Source of the DNA: Candidatus Doudnabacteria bacterium
GTDB lineage: Bacteria; Patescibacteriota; Doudnabacteria; UBA920
DNA: 64,000 nt
Reading direction: 5' to 3'
Assembly (NCBI GenBank): GCA_031291995.1
Contig: JARLHZ010000004.1
Span: 5,272-69,271, forward strand
Below, piece by piece: positions 24,783 through 33,454 of this stretch. Made by a program: the position numbers and the translations under genes. Each line of letters opens with the position of its first letter. Within the stretch, counting starts at the first letter, position 1. The notes under the pieces were generated by a model. That model worked only from the letters and a program-made list of their open reading frames with translations. It had not been told where the DNA came from and did not search any database.

Positions 24783-25181
24783 ATGGCAGATCAAAACAAA
24801 ATAATCCATAAGGATCTCAGTTATAAAATTGTCGGTGTTGCTTTTAGATCTTTTAAGGCAACAGGATATGGAATGCCTGAAAAGTACTGTCAAGGTGTGT
24901 TCGCTGCCGAACTTGAGAAAGCTGGGTTGCACTTTAATCGGGAAGTTTATGTTACTTTAAATTATGAAGGTAAAGTTATCACAAAGTATTTTTTAGATTT
25001 TATTGTTGAAGATTCGGTGGTTGTGGAATTAAAAGTTCGGCCAAAAATCGGATATGCCCATATTGAACAAGTAATGGCATACCTTAAAGCAACGAATAAG
25101 AAATTAGCGATTTTAATCTATTTTACCCAAGAAGGTGTGAAATATCGGAGAATCGTTAATTCTTACAACAAACTACAATGA
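24783..25181 (+). CDS. GxxExxY-family protein (PD-(D/E)XK-like)
   Basis: DLSYKIVGVAFRSFKATGYGMPEKYCQGVFAAELEKAGL...FLDFIVEDSVVVELKV...IEQVMAYLKATNKKLAILIYF. Confidence 0.7.
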   Translation: MADQNKIIHKDLSYKIVGVAFRSFKATGYGMPEKYCQGVFAAELEKAGLHFNREVYVTLNYEGKVITKYFLDFIVEDSVVVELKVRPKIGYAHIEQVMAYLKATNKKLAILIYFTQEGVKYRRIVNSYNKLQ

Positions 25182-25186
25182 GCAGG

Positions 25187-25222
25187 TTCGTATATTAATT
25201 TTAAATTTGTATATTCGCGATT
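25187..25222. repeat. right arm of the inverted repeat bracketing the GxxExxY gene
   Basis: ttcgtatattaattttaaatttgtatattcgcgatt. Confidence 0.7.
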
Positions 25223-25225
25223 ACT

Positions 25226-25909
25226 ATGAAGCTTGAAATGCAAAACAAAAAAAAGCCTATTGGGAAGCCGACGCAGAATTTTTTGCGTATTTCGGAAATA
25301 AAAAACGACACCGTGGTTATGGACGACGGAACTTTGCGGGTCATAATTATGGTGTCCAGCACCAATTTTGACTTAAAGAGCCAGGACGAACAGAATTCCA
25401 TTATTTTCGGTTTCCAGCGGTTTTTAAACAGCCTGGAATTTCCCGTCCAGATTCTCATGCAAAGCCGAAAAATGGAGATTGGCGGCTATTTGGAAAAATT
25501 AAAGAAATTGGCGGACAAGCAGACCAACGAGCTCCTCCGCGTCCAGACCAACGAATACGTGGAGTTTATTTCCCGGCTCATTGAGAACGCCAGCATTATG
25601 AATAAGAATTTTTATATTGTCGTCCCTCTGGGGGAAAGCATTTTTCCGGCCGCCGCGGGGTTCTTTAGCCGCGTATTCGGCAGGGGGCGGGAACGGGAAG
25701 TTACCGAGCGGATAGAAAATTTTGAAAAGGCCAAAGAAAAATTGGACAACCGCGCCACCTCGCTGGCCTCCAACCTTTCGGGTATTGGCATTCGGGCAGA
25801 ACGAATGAAGACGGAAGAAATTATCCAGCTGTATTATAATTCCTATAATTTTGAATCGGGCCCGCTGATAAACCCGGGAGAGCTTAAAGAAATCAAACTA
25901 TCACAATAA
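25226..25909 (+). CDS. protein resembling a VirB4/TrbE N-terminal domain (no ATPase motifs)
   Basis: FLRISEIKNDTVVMDDGTLRVIIMVSSTNFDLKSQDEQNSIIFGFQRFLNSLEFPVQILMQSR resembles the CagE/TrbE/VirB4 N-region. Confidence 0.3.
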   Translation: MKLEMQNKKKPIGKPTQNFLRISEIKNDTVVMDDGTLRVIIMVSSTNFDLKSQDEQNSIIFGFQRFLNSLEFPVQILMQSRKMEIGGYLEKLKKLADKQTNELLRVQTNEYVEFISRLIENASIMNKNFYIVVPLGESIFPAAAGFFSRVFGRGREREVTERIENFEKAKEKLDNRATSLASNLSGIGIRAERMKTEEIIQLYYNSYNFESGPLINPGELKEIKLSQ

Positions 25910-25923
25910 ATCAATTGATTAAT

Positions 25924-26030
25924 GTCAAATTATAAATATCAAATTTCAAATCAATGTCAAAGTTTGAAATTTAAAAAATTTGTAATTAGGTTTTGATTTG
26001 AAATTTGTAATTTGATATTTGAAATTTAAC
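25924..26030. repeat. word-built hairpin, caaatttcaaat family
   Basis: tgtcaaattataaatatcaaatttcaaatcaatgtcaaag ... ttttgatttgaaatttgtaatttgatatttgaaattt. Confidence 0.6.
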
Positions 26031-26032
26031 CT

Positions 26033-27880
26033 ATGTCTATTTTTAGCAAACTCACCGAACAGGATTTAGAACAAAAAAAGGCTCAGCTCAAGGAAAAGGA
26101 GAAGGAACATTCCCTGAGTTCGTCATTGGGCGATTTGGAAAAAACCTATAAGGAAGGCTTGACGACGTTAAAGGATATTATCGCGCCGTCGGCTTTAAAA
26201 TTTGAAGGGTCGCATTTTGAATTAAACGGCAAATACGGCCGCAGTTTTTTCGTGCTGGCCTATCCGCGCTTTTTGTCCAGCAACTGGCTGTCGTTTATAA
26301 TCCAGGCGGACGGAGCCCTGGATTTGTCGATGTTTATTTATCCCATAGACTCGGCGGACATTCTAAAAAAATTAAAGAGCAAGGTCGGGGAACTTGGTTC
26401 GCAAATGTCCATTAACCAGGAAAAGGGCATGGTCCGCGACCCGATGCTGGAGACGGCTTACAAAGACGTGGAAGGCCTGCGCGACAACTTAATGCAGGGT
26501 ACGGAAAAGTATTTTCGGTTCGCCCTGTACTTTACAATATACGCCAACGATTTAAAGGAACTGGACAAATCATCCTCGACCCTGGAAAGCAGCCTGGGGG
26601 CCAAGCTGATTGTTACCAAACGGGCGCTGCTTCAGACGCAGAACGGACTGAATTCCACGCTTCCCATGGGTTTGGACGAACTGGACGTGGCCAATAACAT
26701 GAATACCAGCCCGCTGTCCTCGTGTTTTCCTTTTGTGTCATCGGATTTGACTTCCAACGACGGGATTTTATACGGCATTAACCGACACAATAACAGTTTG
26801 ATATTATTTGACCGTTTTGCCATGGAAAATGCCAACTCCGTTGTGTTTGCCAAGTCCGGCGCGGGGAAGTCTTACGCGGTCAAATTGGAAGTTTTACGAA
26901 GTCTCATGGTTGGCACAGACGTTATTATCGTGGATCCGGAAAATGAGTACCAGCATTTGGCCGCGGCTGTTGGCGGAACTTATTTGAGCGTCAGTTTAAA
27001 TTCCCCGTCCCGCATTAACCCGTTTGATTTGCCGGTTGCCGTGGAAGGTGAAAGCAACGCGGACGTCCTGCGCAGTTCGGTTATTAACTTGCTGGGTTTG
27101 TTCAGTTTGATGCTGGGCAAGCTAAATCCCACCGAAGAAGCCATTATGGACAAGGCCATTTGGCAAACTTACGCCAAAAAAGATATTACATCCGAATTGG
27201 AAGATTTTAAAAACATTGAGTGCCCGACCATGAACGATTTGATGGAAATTTTAAACAGCATGGTCGGAGCCGAGAGCCTGGCTCAGCGGCTGACCAAATT
27301 TACCGAAGGCACTTTTGGCGGATTGCTAAACCAGGCGACCAACGTGGTGCTTAACAACCAGCTGGTGGTATTTTCCATCCGCGATTTGGAAGAGGAACTG
27401 AGGCCAATAGCCATGTATATTATTTTAAATTACATTTGGAATGTCGTCCGCAGCGAATTAAAGCGCCGCATTCTGGCCGTGGACGAAGCCTGGATACTCA
27501 TGCAGCATGAAGACAGCGCCAGGTTCCTGTTCGGTATTGCCAAACGCGCCCGTAAATATTACCTTGGCCTGACCACCATTACCCAGGACGTGGCCGACTT
27601 TTTGGCCAGCCCCTACGGCAAACCGATTGTGACCAACTCGTCCATCCAAATGTTGTTAAAACAATCCCCGGCGGCTATTAATGTAATCGCTGAAACATTC
27701 TTTTTGACCGAGGGAGAAAAATATTTATTGCTGGAAAGCGAAGTCGGCGAAGGGATATTTTTTGCCGGGCTGAAGCACGCGGCCATCAAAATTTACGCGT
27801 CCTACGTGGAAGACCAAATAATTACCACCGACCCCAAACAGCTTTTGGAAATTCAGGACAGCCAGGAAAAGTTGAACTAA
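26033..27880 (+). CDS. VirB4/TrbE-family type IV secretion ATPase
   Basis: Walker A FAKSGAGKSYAV, Walker B ILAVDEAWILM, and a VirB4-like N-region (GKYGRSFFVLAYPRFLSSNWLSFII...DLSMFIYPID). Confidence 0.65.
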   Translation: MSIFSKLTEQDLEQKKAQLKEKEKEHSLSSSLGDLEKTYKEGLTTLKDIIAPSALKFEGSHFELNGKYGRSFFVLAYPRFLSSNWLSFIIQADGALDLSMFIYPIDSADILKKLKSKVGELGSQMSINQEKGMVRDPMLETAYKDVEGLRDNLMQGTEKYFRFALYFTIYANDLKELDKSSSTLESSLGAKLIVTKRALLQTQNGLNSTLPMGLDELDVANNMNTSPLSSCFPFVSSDLTSNDGILYGINRHNNSLILFDRFAMENANSVVFAKSGAGKSYAVKLEVLRSLMVGTDVIIVDPENEYQHLAAAVGGTYLSVSLNSPSRINPFDLPVAVEGESNADVLRSSVINLLGLFSLMLGKLNPTEEAIMDKAIWQTYAKKDITSELEDFKNIECPTMNDLMEILNSMVGAESLAQRLTKFTEGTFGGLLNQATNVVLNNQLVVFSIRDLEEELRPIAMYIILNYIWNVVRSELKRRILAVDEAWILMQHEDSARFLFGIAKRARKYYLGLTTITQDVADFLASPYGKPIVTNSSIQMLLKQSPAAINVIAETFFLTEGEKYLLLESEVGEGIFFAGLKHAAIKIYASYVEDQIITTDPKQLLEIQDSQEKLN

Positions 27881-28040
27881 TTTCAAATTACAAATAACAA
27901 ATTTCAAATAAATTCCTAATTTTAAGCGCCAAATAATATCCAAAAGGCCGCGTGTTAAATTTCAAAAGTCCGGGTTTGGCCTTTGAAATTTGGATTTTGG
28001 CGTTGGTTTGATATTTGGAATTTGTAATTTGGAATTTTTT
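27881..28040. repeat. word-built hairpin(s), caaatttcaaat family
   Basis: tttcaaattacaaataacaaatttcaaat ... atttgaaatttggattttggcgttggtttgatatttggaatttgtaatttggaat. Confidence 0.6.
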
Positions 28041-28045
28041 ATTTT

Positions 28046-31000
28046 ATGGCCCAAGCAGCAACAACCGGAATTGACTCGGCGTCATCATCTGGAATACAGC
28101 CAACACCGGGACGTTCGACGGGAGGCGGGTCCAGAAAACCCAAGCTGATTGTTTTGGGCAAGCCGTTTTCCGGCGGAGCGTTTGTCTCTTACGTGTTTGT
28201 TAACGGCAAACCGGCTCCGGCAAATACCGCGGCGCAGTTAAAGCCGGGCGACGAAATCGCCATTGCCGGCGGCGGTTTGGTCGGGTTTTTAAGTTGGACA
28301 TTTTTCCAGCTGGGCCGCCCGGGAAAACCAATCGCGATTTTAACCGCGCACAGCGACAGCCGCGTGGTTTTTCAGGCGCCCGACTGGCATAACGCGTTTG
28401 ACCCGGGCCTGCCGATAATGCTCGCGTTTACCGACAAAGACAAAAATTCGGTATGGGGAATTCCGGTGTCTTTTTCCTTTGGCGAAGAATCCGAAAAAGA
28501 CCAGCAGCGGGCCGGGGGTAAAAAAATAGAAGACCAGCTAAATCGCAAGTTCGGTGAAGGGCAAAAAACCGGAGACGGTAATCTGGCAATGGAAGCGACC
28601 GGCGCGGCGCTCGCGGGTGTTTTGTCGCCGTTTATGCCGGGAGCCGATAAGGCGGCGGCGCGCGATGCTTTGGCTGCCGCTTTTAAATCGGGAGACTATA
28701 AGAAAGTTGAACAGGCAATCAACAATCTTAAAACGATGGGCAAGGATGGTGCTGAAATCATGCGGGAGTTCAGGGGTGTGCCGCCGCAGTTTCGATCGCT
28801 TTTAGACAAGGCTATTATTGATATAAATAATCAGACGATAACAAAGGCGGAGGTCGTAAGTAACTTGGAGAAAATCGCCGACACGGCTAATGTTGATGAC
28901 TTTGATGCTGAACAGGAGGGTGGCGGCCAACAAATTCAGACTTCAGAGGAAATATCATCAGCAACGTCAGGCGGCGGACAGTCCACTGTAAGCGTTCAGG
29001 AATCAGGCGGCGATGGGGCCTCATCTACAGTTGCAAGTTCAGGTTCCGCGGGCGGTACGGTTTCCTCAACGGTTACCGGTTCCGGCGATGGGGCGGGTAG
29101 CTCTACGGTCAATACCAACCAAAAGAGTACGGCGGAAATTAATCAACAGTCCACGGCGCGGGCGGCGTCGGGTGGCGGGGGCGGGACAAAAGTTACCGGT
29201 CAGGCTCAGGCGAGCGCGGGAGTTTCGGGGCAAGTTCCGATATCGGCCGGTAACCAGCAATCCTCCAAAGTCAGTAGCGGGATTTCCGGCGGCGTATCTG
29301 CAGCGGCAGGCGCAGGAATTGCGGCTGCGGTTGATTCAGCAGTCGGCGGGTTAAAAATTAGTTCAGTTGCCACAAAAGGACCGGCAGGTCCGGAAACTTT
29401 GCCAAAAAAACCGTCCGGCGAGTCGGCTGTTCTTGTGCAACCGGCCGGCGGGCAAAAATTGAACGTTACCGCGAAACTGGACCAGCGGACATTATCGGAT
29501 GTATCTGGCAAGCCTCAGGGTCAAGGGTTGGTTCCGGCATCTTTGATGAAAACCGGCGCTCCTGCGGGCTCGCCATCGGCAAAACAAGTGGGCAAGGGGC
29601 GAGGGGAAGTTGGCGGGGCTGCAAAAATGCAAGGATCGAAACAAGAAAATATCGCGCGCCCGTCCCCGCAGGAAGTTAATTTAAAATTAGAAACCCAAAC
29701 AATTTTAAAAGCGGAGGCAAAGACTGAAACTCCGACCGCATCTGAAGTCCCGTCCGGGATGAAAGAGATGTTCGAGAACGAGAGTGTCATGCGCCGGTTG
29801 AGTTTGGGGCGTGAAATTGCGGAACAGCAACCGGCCGAACCACCGTCTGGCGATAGCGCTCAACACGGGACTGGCAGGGAGGGCAAAGATCACGGGGCCC
29901 GGGATAAAGAGCCTTCACCGCCACCTCAAATTCCACGACGTCCGGAACCCGGAGAAATTAAGGAAGCCTTAAAGCCGCCAGCTCCTTTGCCGCCGAACCC
30001 GAAAGGGGAGTCAAATGCCGCTGGCGCGGCATCGGAAGGCCAGGGGCCTGAATCGGGACGCGAACCCAATGTCCCCGGGGAGCATTTGAACGCGCCTGCG
30101 TCTCCGGAAAATTTGGGCGAAGGCGGCCCGGGTGCGGCGGCCGGTGGAGCGCCGGTAGCGGCCGGTCAAGGTGAGGGTGGTACAGCCGGTCAAGGGGAAG
30201 AAGAAGCCGAGGAAGACGCGGCCGACGAAACGGGAGCTGGAGCGGCGGGTCGCCAGCCAGGTATGCCGGCAGTGCCTGTGCCGGGAGTGGCGGCCGGCAA
30301 GACCGGTCAGGGTAAAGGAAAAGGCGAAAAAGATAAACTTATTAAAGAAGCGACCGATTTGGTGAATACGGAGATGAACGGTTTCCTTAGCCAAGGAGCC
30401 ATTTGGGTGTGGGCGGTTGCCATTCCTTCGTTCGGACTTGCCGTAATTTTGGGTGCTGTTGTGGGCGATTTGCTGTTTGCCTTAAAAAAACGCCTGATTA
30501 AAATGGCGCTGGATAAAGTTTGGATTGCCAAAACTATTGTGGGTGACGAAATAACTCCCGACGAAATTGCCGACAACATCAATTTTAGCGTGGGCGTTAA
30601 GGCCAATGTCGCGGTAATGAATTTGATAACGGTATTAATGGTAGTACTTGTGATTATTTTTACCGGCGCGGTGGCATACTTAGGCTGTACATGGCCGCTG
30701 GGCAAGACAGTTGCCAGCGCGACAAATTATCAATTTACTATTTTAGGCGCCGCCGGTCTTAGTGGTGTTTGCCAGTCGATGACAAATGTTAATGTGTCAT
30801 TAAATAATTCCATTAATGCCTCCACCCCCGTCGGCTCCTGCGCCATTCTGCCTTCCGGAATCGCCACGCCGGGGCAGTTGGCTTTGACTTGTTTCGGGTC
30901 CAATCCCACCATAGACGCAACCGCCTCAATTGTCGCGGCGCATGAAAGCGGCGGGAACCCCGCAATTCCAAGCTCTGTAGATATATGCCAGCCCGGAGGA

Positions 31001-31294
31001 CAGCCGGTGTCGTTTGGACTATTTCAAATTAACATTACCAACCATAAAATTAACGGCCTTAACTGCCCGGCGGCATTCGATTATCCCGCCGGAGTCAGTC
31101 CGCGCGAATATGATGCCAACAACCATCAATGTACGATTGTAGATCAAACGTTATATAATAACTGTGTGACCGCGGCGGAAACAGCGGAATATAACATTGC
31201 GGCGGCCTGTCAAATTTCCGGCAACGGGACCAACTGGGGCGCCTGGCAGGCCGACATTAACGCTTGCGGGATTAGTAAAACAATTAGTCCATAA
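28046..31294 (+). CDS. giant low-complexity membrane protein with a C-terminal lytic transglycosylase (SLT) domain. A VirB1/PrgK-like cell-wall remodelling enzyme
   Basis: About 750 aa of G/S/A/P/E-rich sequence, a TM region (AIWVWAVAIPSFGLAVILGAVVGDLLF ... LITVLMVVLVIIFTGAVAYLG), then the SLT motif IVAAHESGGNP...QPVSFGLFQINIT. Confidence 0.55.
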   Translation: MAQAATTGIDSASSSGIQPTPGRSTGGGSRKPKLIVLGKPFSGGAFVSYVFVNGKPAPANTAAQLKPGDEIAIAGGGLVGFLSWTFFQLGRPGKPIAILTAHSDSRVVFQAPDWHNAFDPGLPIMLAFTDKDKNSVWGIPVSFSFGEESEKDQQRAGGKKIEDQLNRKFGEGQKTGDGNLAMEATGAALAGVLSPFMPGADKAAARDALAAAFKSGDYKKVEQAINNLKTMGKDGAEIMREFRGVPPQFRSLLDKAIIDINNQTITKAEVVSNLEKIADTANVDDFDAEQEGGGQQIQTSEEISSATSGGGQSTVSVQESGGDGASSTVASSGSAGGTVSSTVTGSGDGAGSSTVNTNQKSTAEINQQSTARAASGGGGGTKVTGQAQASAGVSGQVPISAGNQQSSKVSSGISGGVSAAAGAGIAAAVDSAVGGLKISSVATKGPAGPETLPKKPSGESAVLVQPAGGQKLNVTAKLDQRTLSDVSGKPQGQGLVPASLMKTGAPAGSPSAKQVGKGRGEVGGAAKMQGSKQENIARPSPQEVNLKLETQTILKAEAKTETPTASEVPSGMKEMFENESVMRRLSLGREIAEQQPAEPPSGDSAQHGTGREGKDHGARDKEPSPPPQIPRRPEPGEIKEALKPPAPLPPNPKGESNAAGAASEGQGPESGREPNVPGEHLNAPASPENLGEGGPGAAAGGAPVAAGQGEGGTAGQGEEEAEEDAADETGAGAAGRQPGMPAVPVPGVAAGKTGQGKGKGEKDKLIKEATDLVNTEMNGFLSQGAIWVWAVAIPSFGLAVILGAVVGDLLFALKKRLIKMALDKVWIAKTIVGDEITPDEIADNINFSVGVKANVAVMNLITVLMVVLVIIFTGAVAYLGCTWPLGKTVASATNYQFTILGAAGLSGVCQSMTNVNVSLNNSINASTPVGSCAILPSGIATPGQLALTCFGSNPTIDATASIVAAHESGGNPAIPSSVDICQPGGQPVSFGLFQINITNHKINGLNCPAAFDYPAGVSPREYDANNHQCTIVDQTLYNNCVTAAETAEYNIAAACQISGNGTNWGAWQADINACGISKTISP

Positions 31295-31326
31295 ATAGTA
31301 ACGGAATCAACGTTGTGTATTACGGC

Positions 31327-31453
31327 TAAGGCCAGGGCGGCCGGACAAAATTTGTTTTGCCTCTACGCCTTGCCAACGAACGGTGTTGGTAGTAGCAAAG
31401 CTTGGGCGGGCAAGGCGCGGGGCAAAATAATTTTTCCGGCCGCGCCGGCCCAT
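31327..31453. repeat. ~130-bp repeat element, copy 2
   Basis: taaggccagggcggccggacaaaatttgttttgcctctacgccttgccaa...ttggtagtagcaaagcttgggcgggcaaggcgcggggcaaaa matches 4847-4983. Confidence 0.6.
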
Positions 31454-31484
31454 ACTTAAGCGCACAAAACTTAATTCGTCGGGT

Positions 31485-31965
31485 AAATTGCCATATGAAA
31501 CCAATATATAAAATTTTAATCGGGGTTATTGTCGGCGGGATATTTTTATTCAGCATCTATTTGGCCGTAACTTCCCAAAAACAGGTCGCCAGCCCTGCAA
31601 CGGTACCGATAACCGGACCAACCTTAACCGTGCCGGCCAAGGGCGGCAGTCTGCCGGTTAGCGATTTTACCAAACATCCCCAGGAAGTTCTTGGGGCCAC
31701 TACCGTAATTAAGCAGAACGACAATTACAGTATTGTCTATTTCCCCGTAGACCAAAGTTTTTTAATTACAATTTTAGCCCAGCCCGTCCAGCAGAACCGC
31801 GATGCCGCGGAACAGCTGTTACTTAGCCAGTTGCAGGTGAGCGAGGCCGATGCCTGCAAACTGGCCGTTTCCTTAACCGTGCCGGCCGGCGTTAGCGAAC
31901 AACTGGCCGGAGTTGACTACGGTTTGAGTTTTTGCCCCAATGGCAAGGCATTTCCGTCACAGTGA
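31485..31965 (+). CDS. hypothetical membrane-anchored protein (start taken at MKPIYKIL)
   Basis: TM helix ILIGVIVGGIFLFSIYLAV. The ORF-track start at 31402 lies inside the repeat element. Confidence 0.4.
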
Positions 31966-32024
31966 AAGTAGTTCGGCTGTCATATCGAACCTGCGATTAA
32001 ACAGGTTCACAAGCCTGAGTGAGG

Positions 32025-32140
32025 CCGGAAATCCTGCCGATTTTCCTAGCTGCGGGGCTCCTCGTTCATCCGCTTTCAGCGGATATCACTTCGTCAGACA
32101 ATCCTCGCTGCGGAAAATCGCCAGTATTTCCGGCCTCCGG
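32025..32140. repeat. long imperfect nested hairpin (~115 nt)
   Basis: Outer stem ggccggaaat/atttccggcc, then ctgccgattttcc/ggaaaatcgccag, then gctgcgggg/cctcgctgc. Apical hairpin atccgc-tttca-gcggat. Confidence 0.5.
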
Positions 32141-32257
32141 GTTTGTTCTACTCGAGATTGTGAACTGTTACCACTGTCGAATTTCCCCAATCGGCCATTT
32201 TATGCTATAATACTCGCATAAGTTTTTCCACAGAATTATTTTTGTAACAAAAATAAA

Positions 32258-33445
32258 ATGAATAAAAAAGCCATTGCCATTTTAGGGGCCATATTTGTCT
32301 TGATTGTCGGGACTTTGGGTTTTTTGATATATCTTAAATACTCCGGTTCATCCAAAACCCCGGCTCCTTCCGCGAACCAAAATCAAAATGGAAATCCCGC
32401 CGCCGGCAGCCAGCCTGCCACCACGACAGCCCAAACGACCGGGCAGAATCCGGCTACGACAACTCCCGTTACCGGTCCGCCTCCCGCCATGGGGCTTTTG
32501 ACCTCGGACCAGGTGGTTTCACCCGCTTTATTTTTTAACGGCGGAGGTATAACCTATTTCGACAACCAGGGAAATTTATTCCAGGCGGCAATACAAACTA
32601 ACGCGGGGCAGTTGTCGTTAACCGGCAAAAAGCAACTGGATATCCCCACAAAGTCCAGCATCACAAAAATTTTCTGGCCGCAAAAAGGCAACGATTTTAT
32701 AATCCAGACCAATAATCCCGTCACCGGCCGGTACTCCTGGAGTTATTTTAACAGCACACTTGGGACTTATACCGATTTCCCGCCTCAGGTCGCGTCTTTT
32801 GACTGGATGCCAAACGGAACCCAAATCGCGTATATTTGGATAAACGGCGGCAAAGCAGTTTTGGAAGCGGGAGATCCGGCATTTAAATCATGGCAGAAAA
32901 TCGGGGATTTATATCAAAATGACAATGTTATAAGCGTGTCGCCGGACGGATCACAAATATTGTTTTACGAATCCGAGCCCGCCGGGACGCAAAATCCGAT
33001 TAATTCGGTGAGCATAGACGGTAAAGTCTGGAAGGGACTTATTAAAGACGGCTTTAATTACGGCGTGTTGTGGAGTCCGGATGGTCAGAAGTTTATTTTT
33101 GGGAAAAAAGATCCGGTCAGCCTTCAATTCCAATTGTGGTATGACAATTTGGCTTCCGGAGAAACTAAGAATTTGGGATTATTTACCACTACGCAAAAAG
33201 CCGTTTGGGGGTCTGACAGTAATACCATTTACGCCGCGGTGCCATCTTCGCCTGCCGCCAACCCAAACAGCCTGACCAACGACACTTTTTTCCGATTAAA
33301 CACAACTACTCTGGACAAACAGCAGTTCAGCATCGGTAATACGCCGGTGGACGGAGAAAATTTGTTTTTGAGTACGGATGGAAATGACCTGTTTTTTAAG
33401 AACGCGCAGGACGGCGGCTTGTATTATTTGAACGTTGCCCAATAG
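32258..33445 (+). CDS. membrane-anchored TolB-like (PD40/WD40-like beta-propeller) protein
   Basis: N-terminal TM, a T/P/Q-rich linker, then repeated SPDGSQILF / WSPDGQKFIF PD40-like motifs. Confidence 0.45.
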   Translation: MNKKAIAILGAIFVLIVGTLGFLIYLKYSGSSKTPAPSANQNQNGNPAAGSQPATTTAQTTGQNPATTTPVTGPPPAMGLLTSDQVVSPALFFNGGGITYFDNQGNLFQAAIQTNAGQLSLTGKKQLDIPTKSSITKIFWPQKGNDFIIQTNNPVTGRYSWSYFNSTLGTYTDFPPQVASFDWMPNGTQIAYIWINGGKAVLEAGDPAFKSWQKIGDLYQNDNVISVSPDGSQILFYESEPAGTQNPINSVSIDGKVWKGLIKDGFNYGVLWSPDGQKFIFGKKDPVSLQFQLWYDNLASGETKNLGLFTTTQKAVWGSDSNTIYAAVPSSPAANPNSLTNDTFFRLNTTTLDKQQFSIGNTPVDGENLFLSTDGNDLFFKNAQDGGLYYLNVAQ

Positions 33446-33454
33446 GAATAAACT

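Noticed and set aside
31940-32221. Overlapping ORFs 31940-32221+ and 32019-32210+
   Set aside because: They lie in a gene-free gap dominated by a long nested hairpin. The two ORFs overlap in different frames and have no family signal. The region was treated as non-coding structured DNA.
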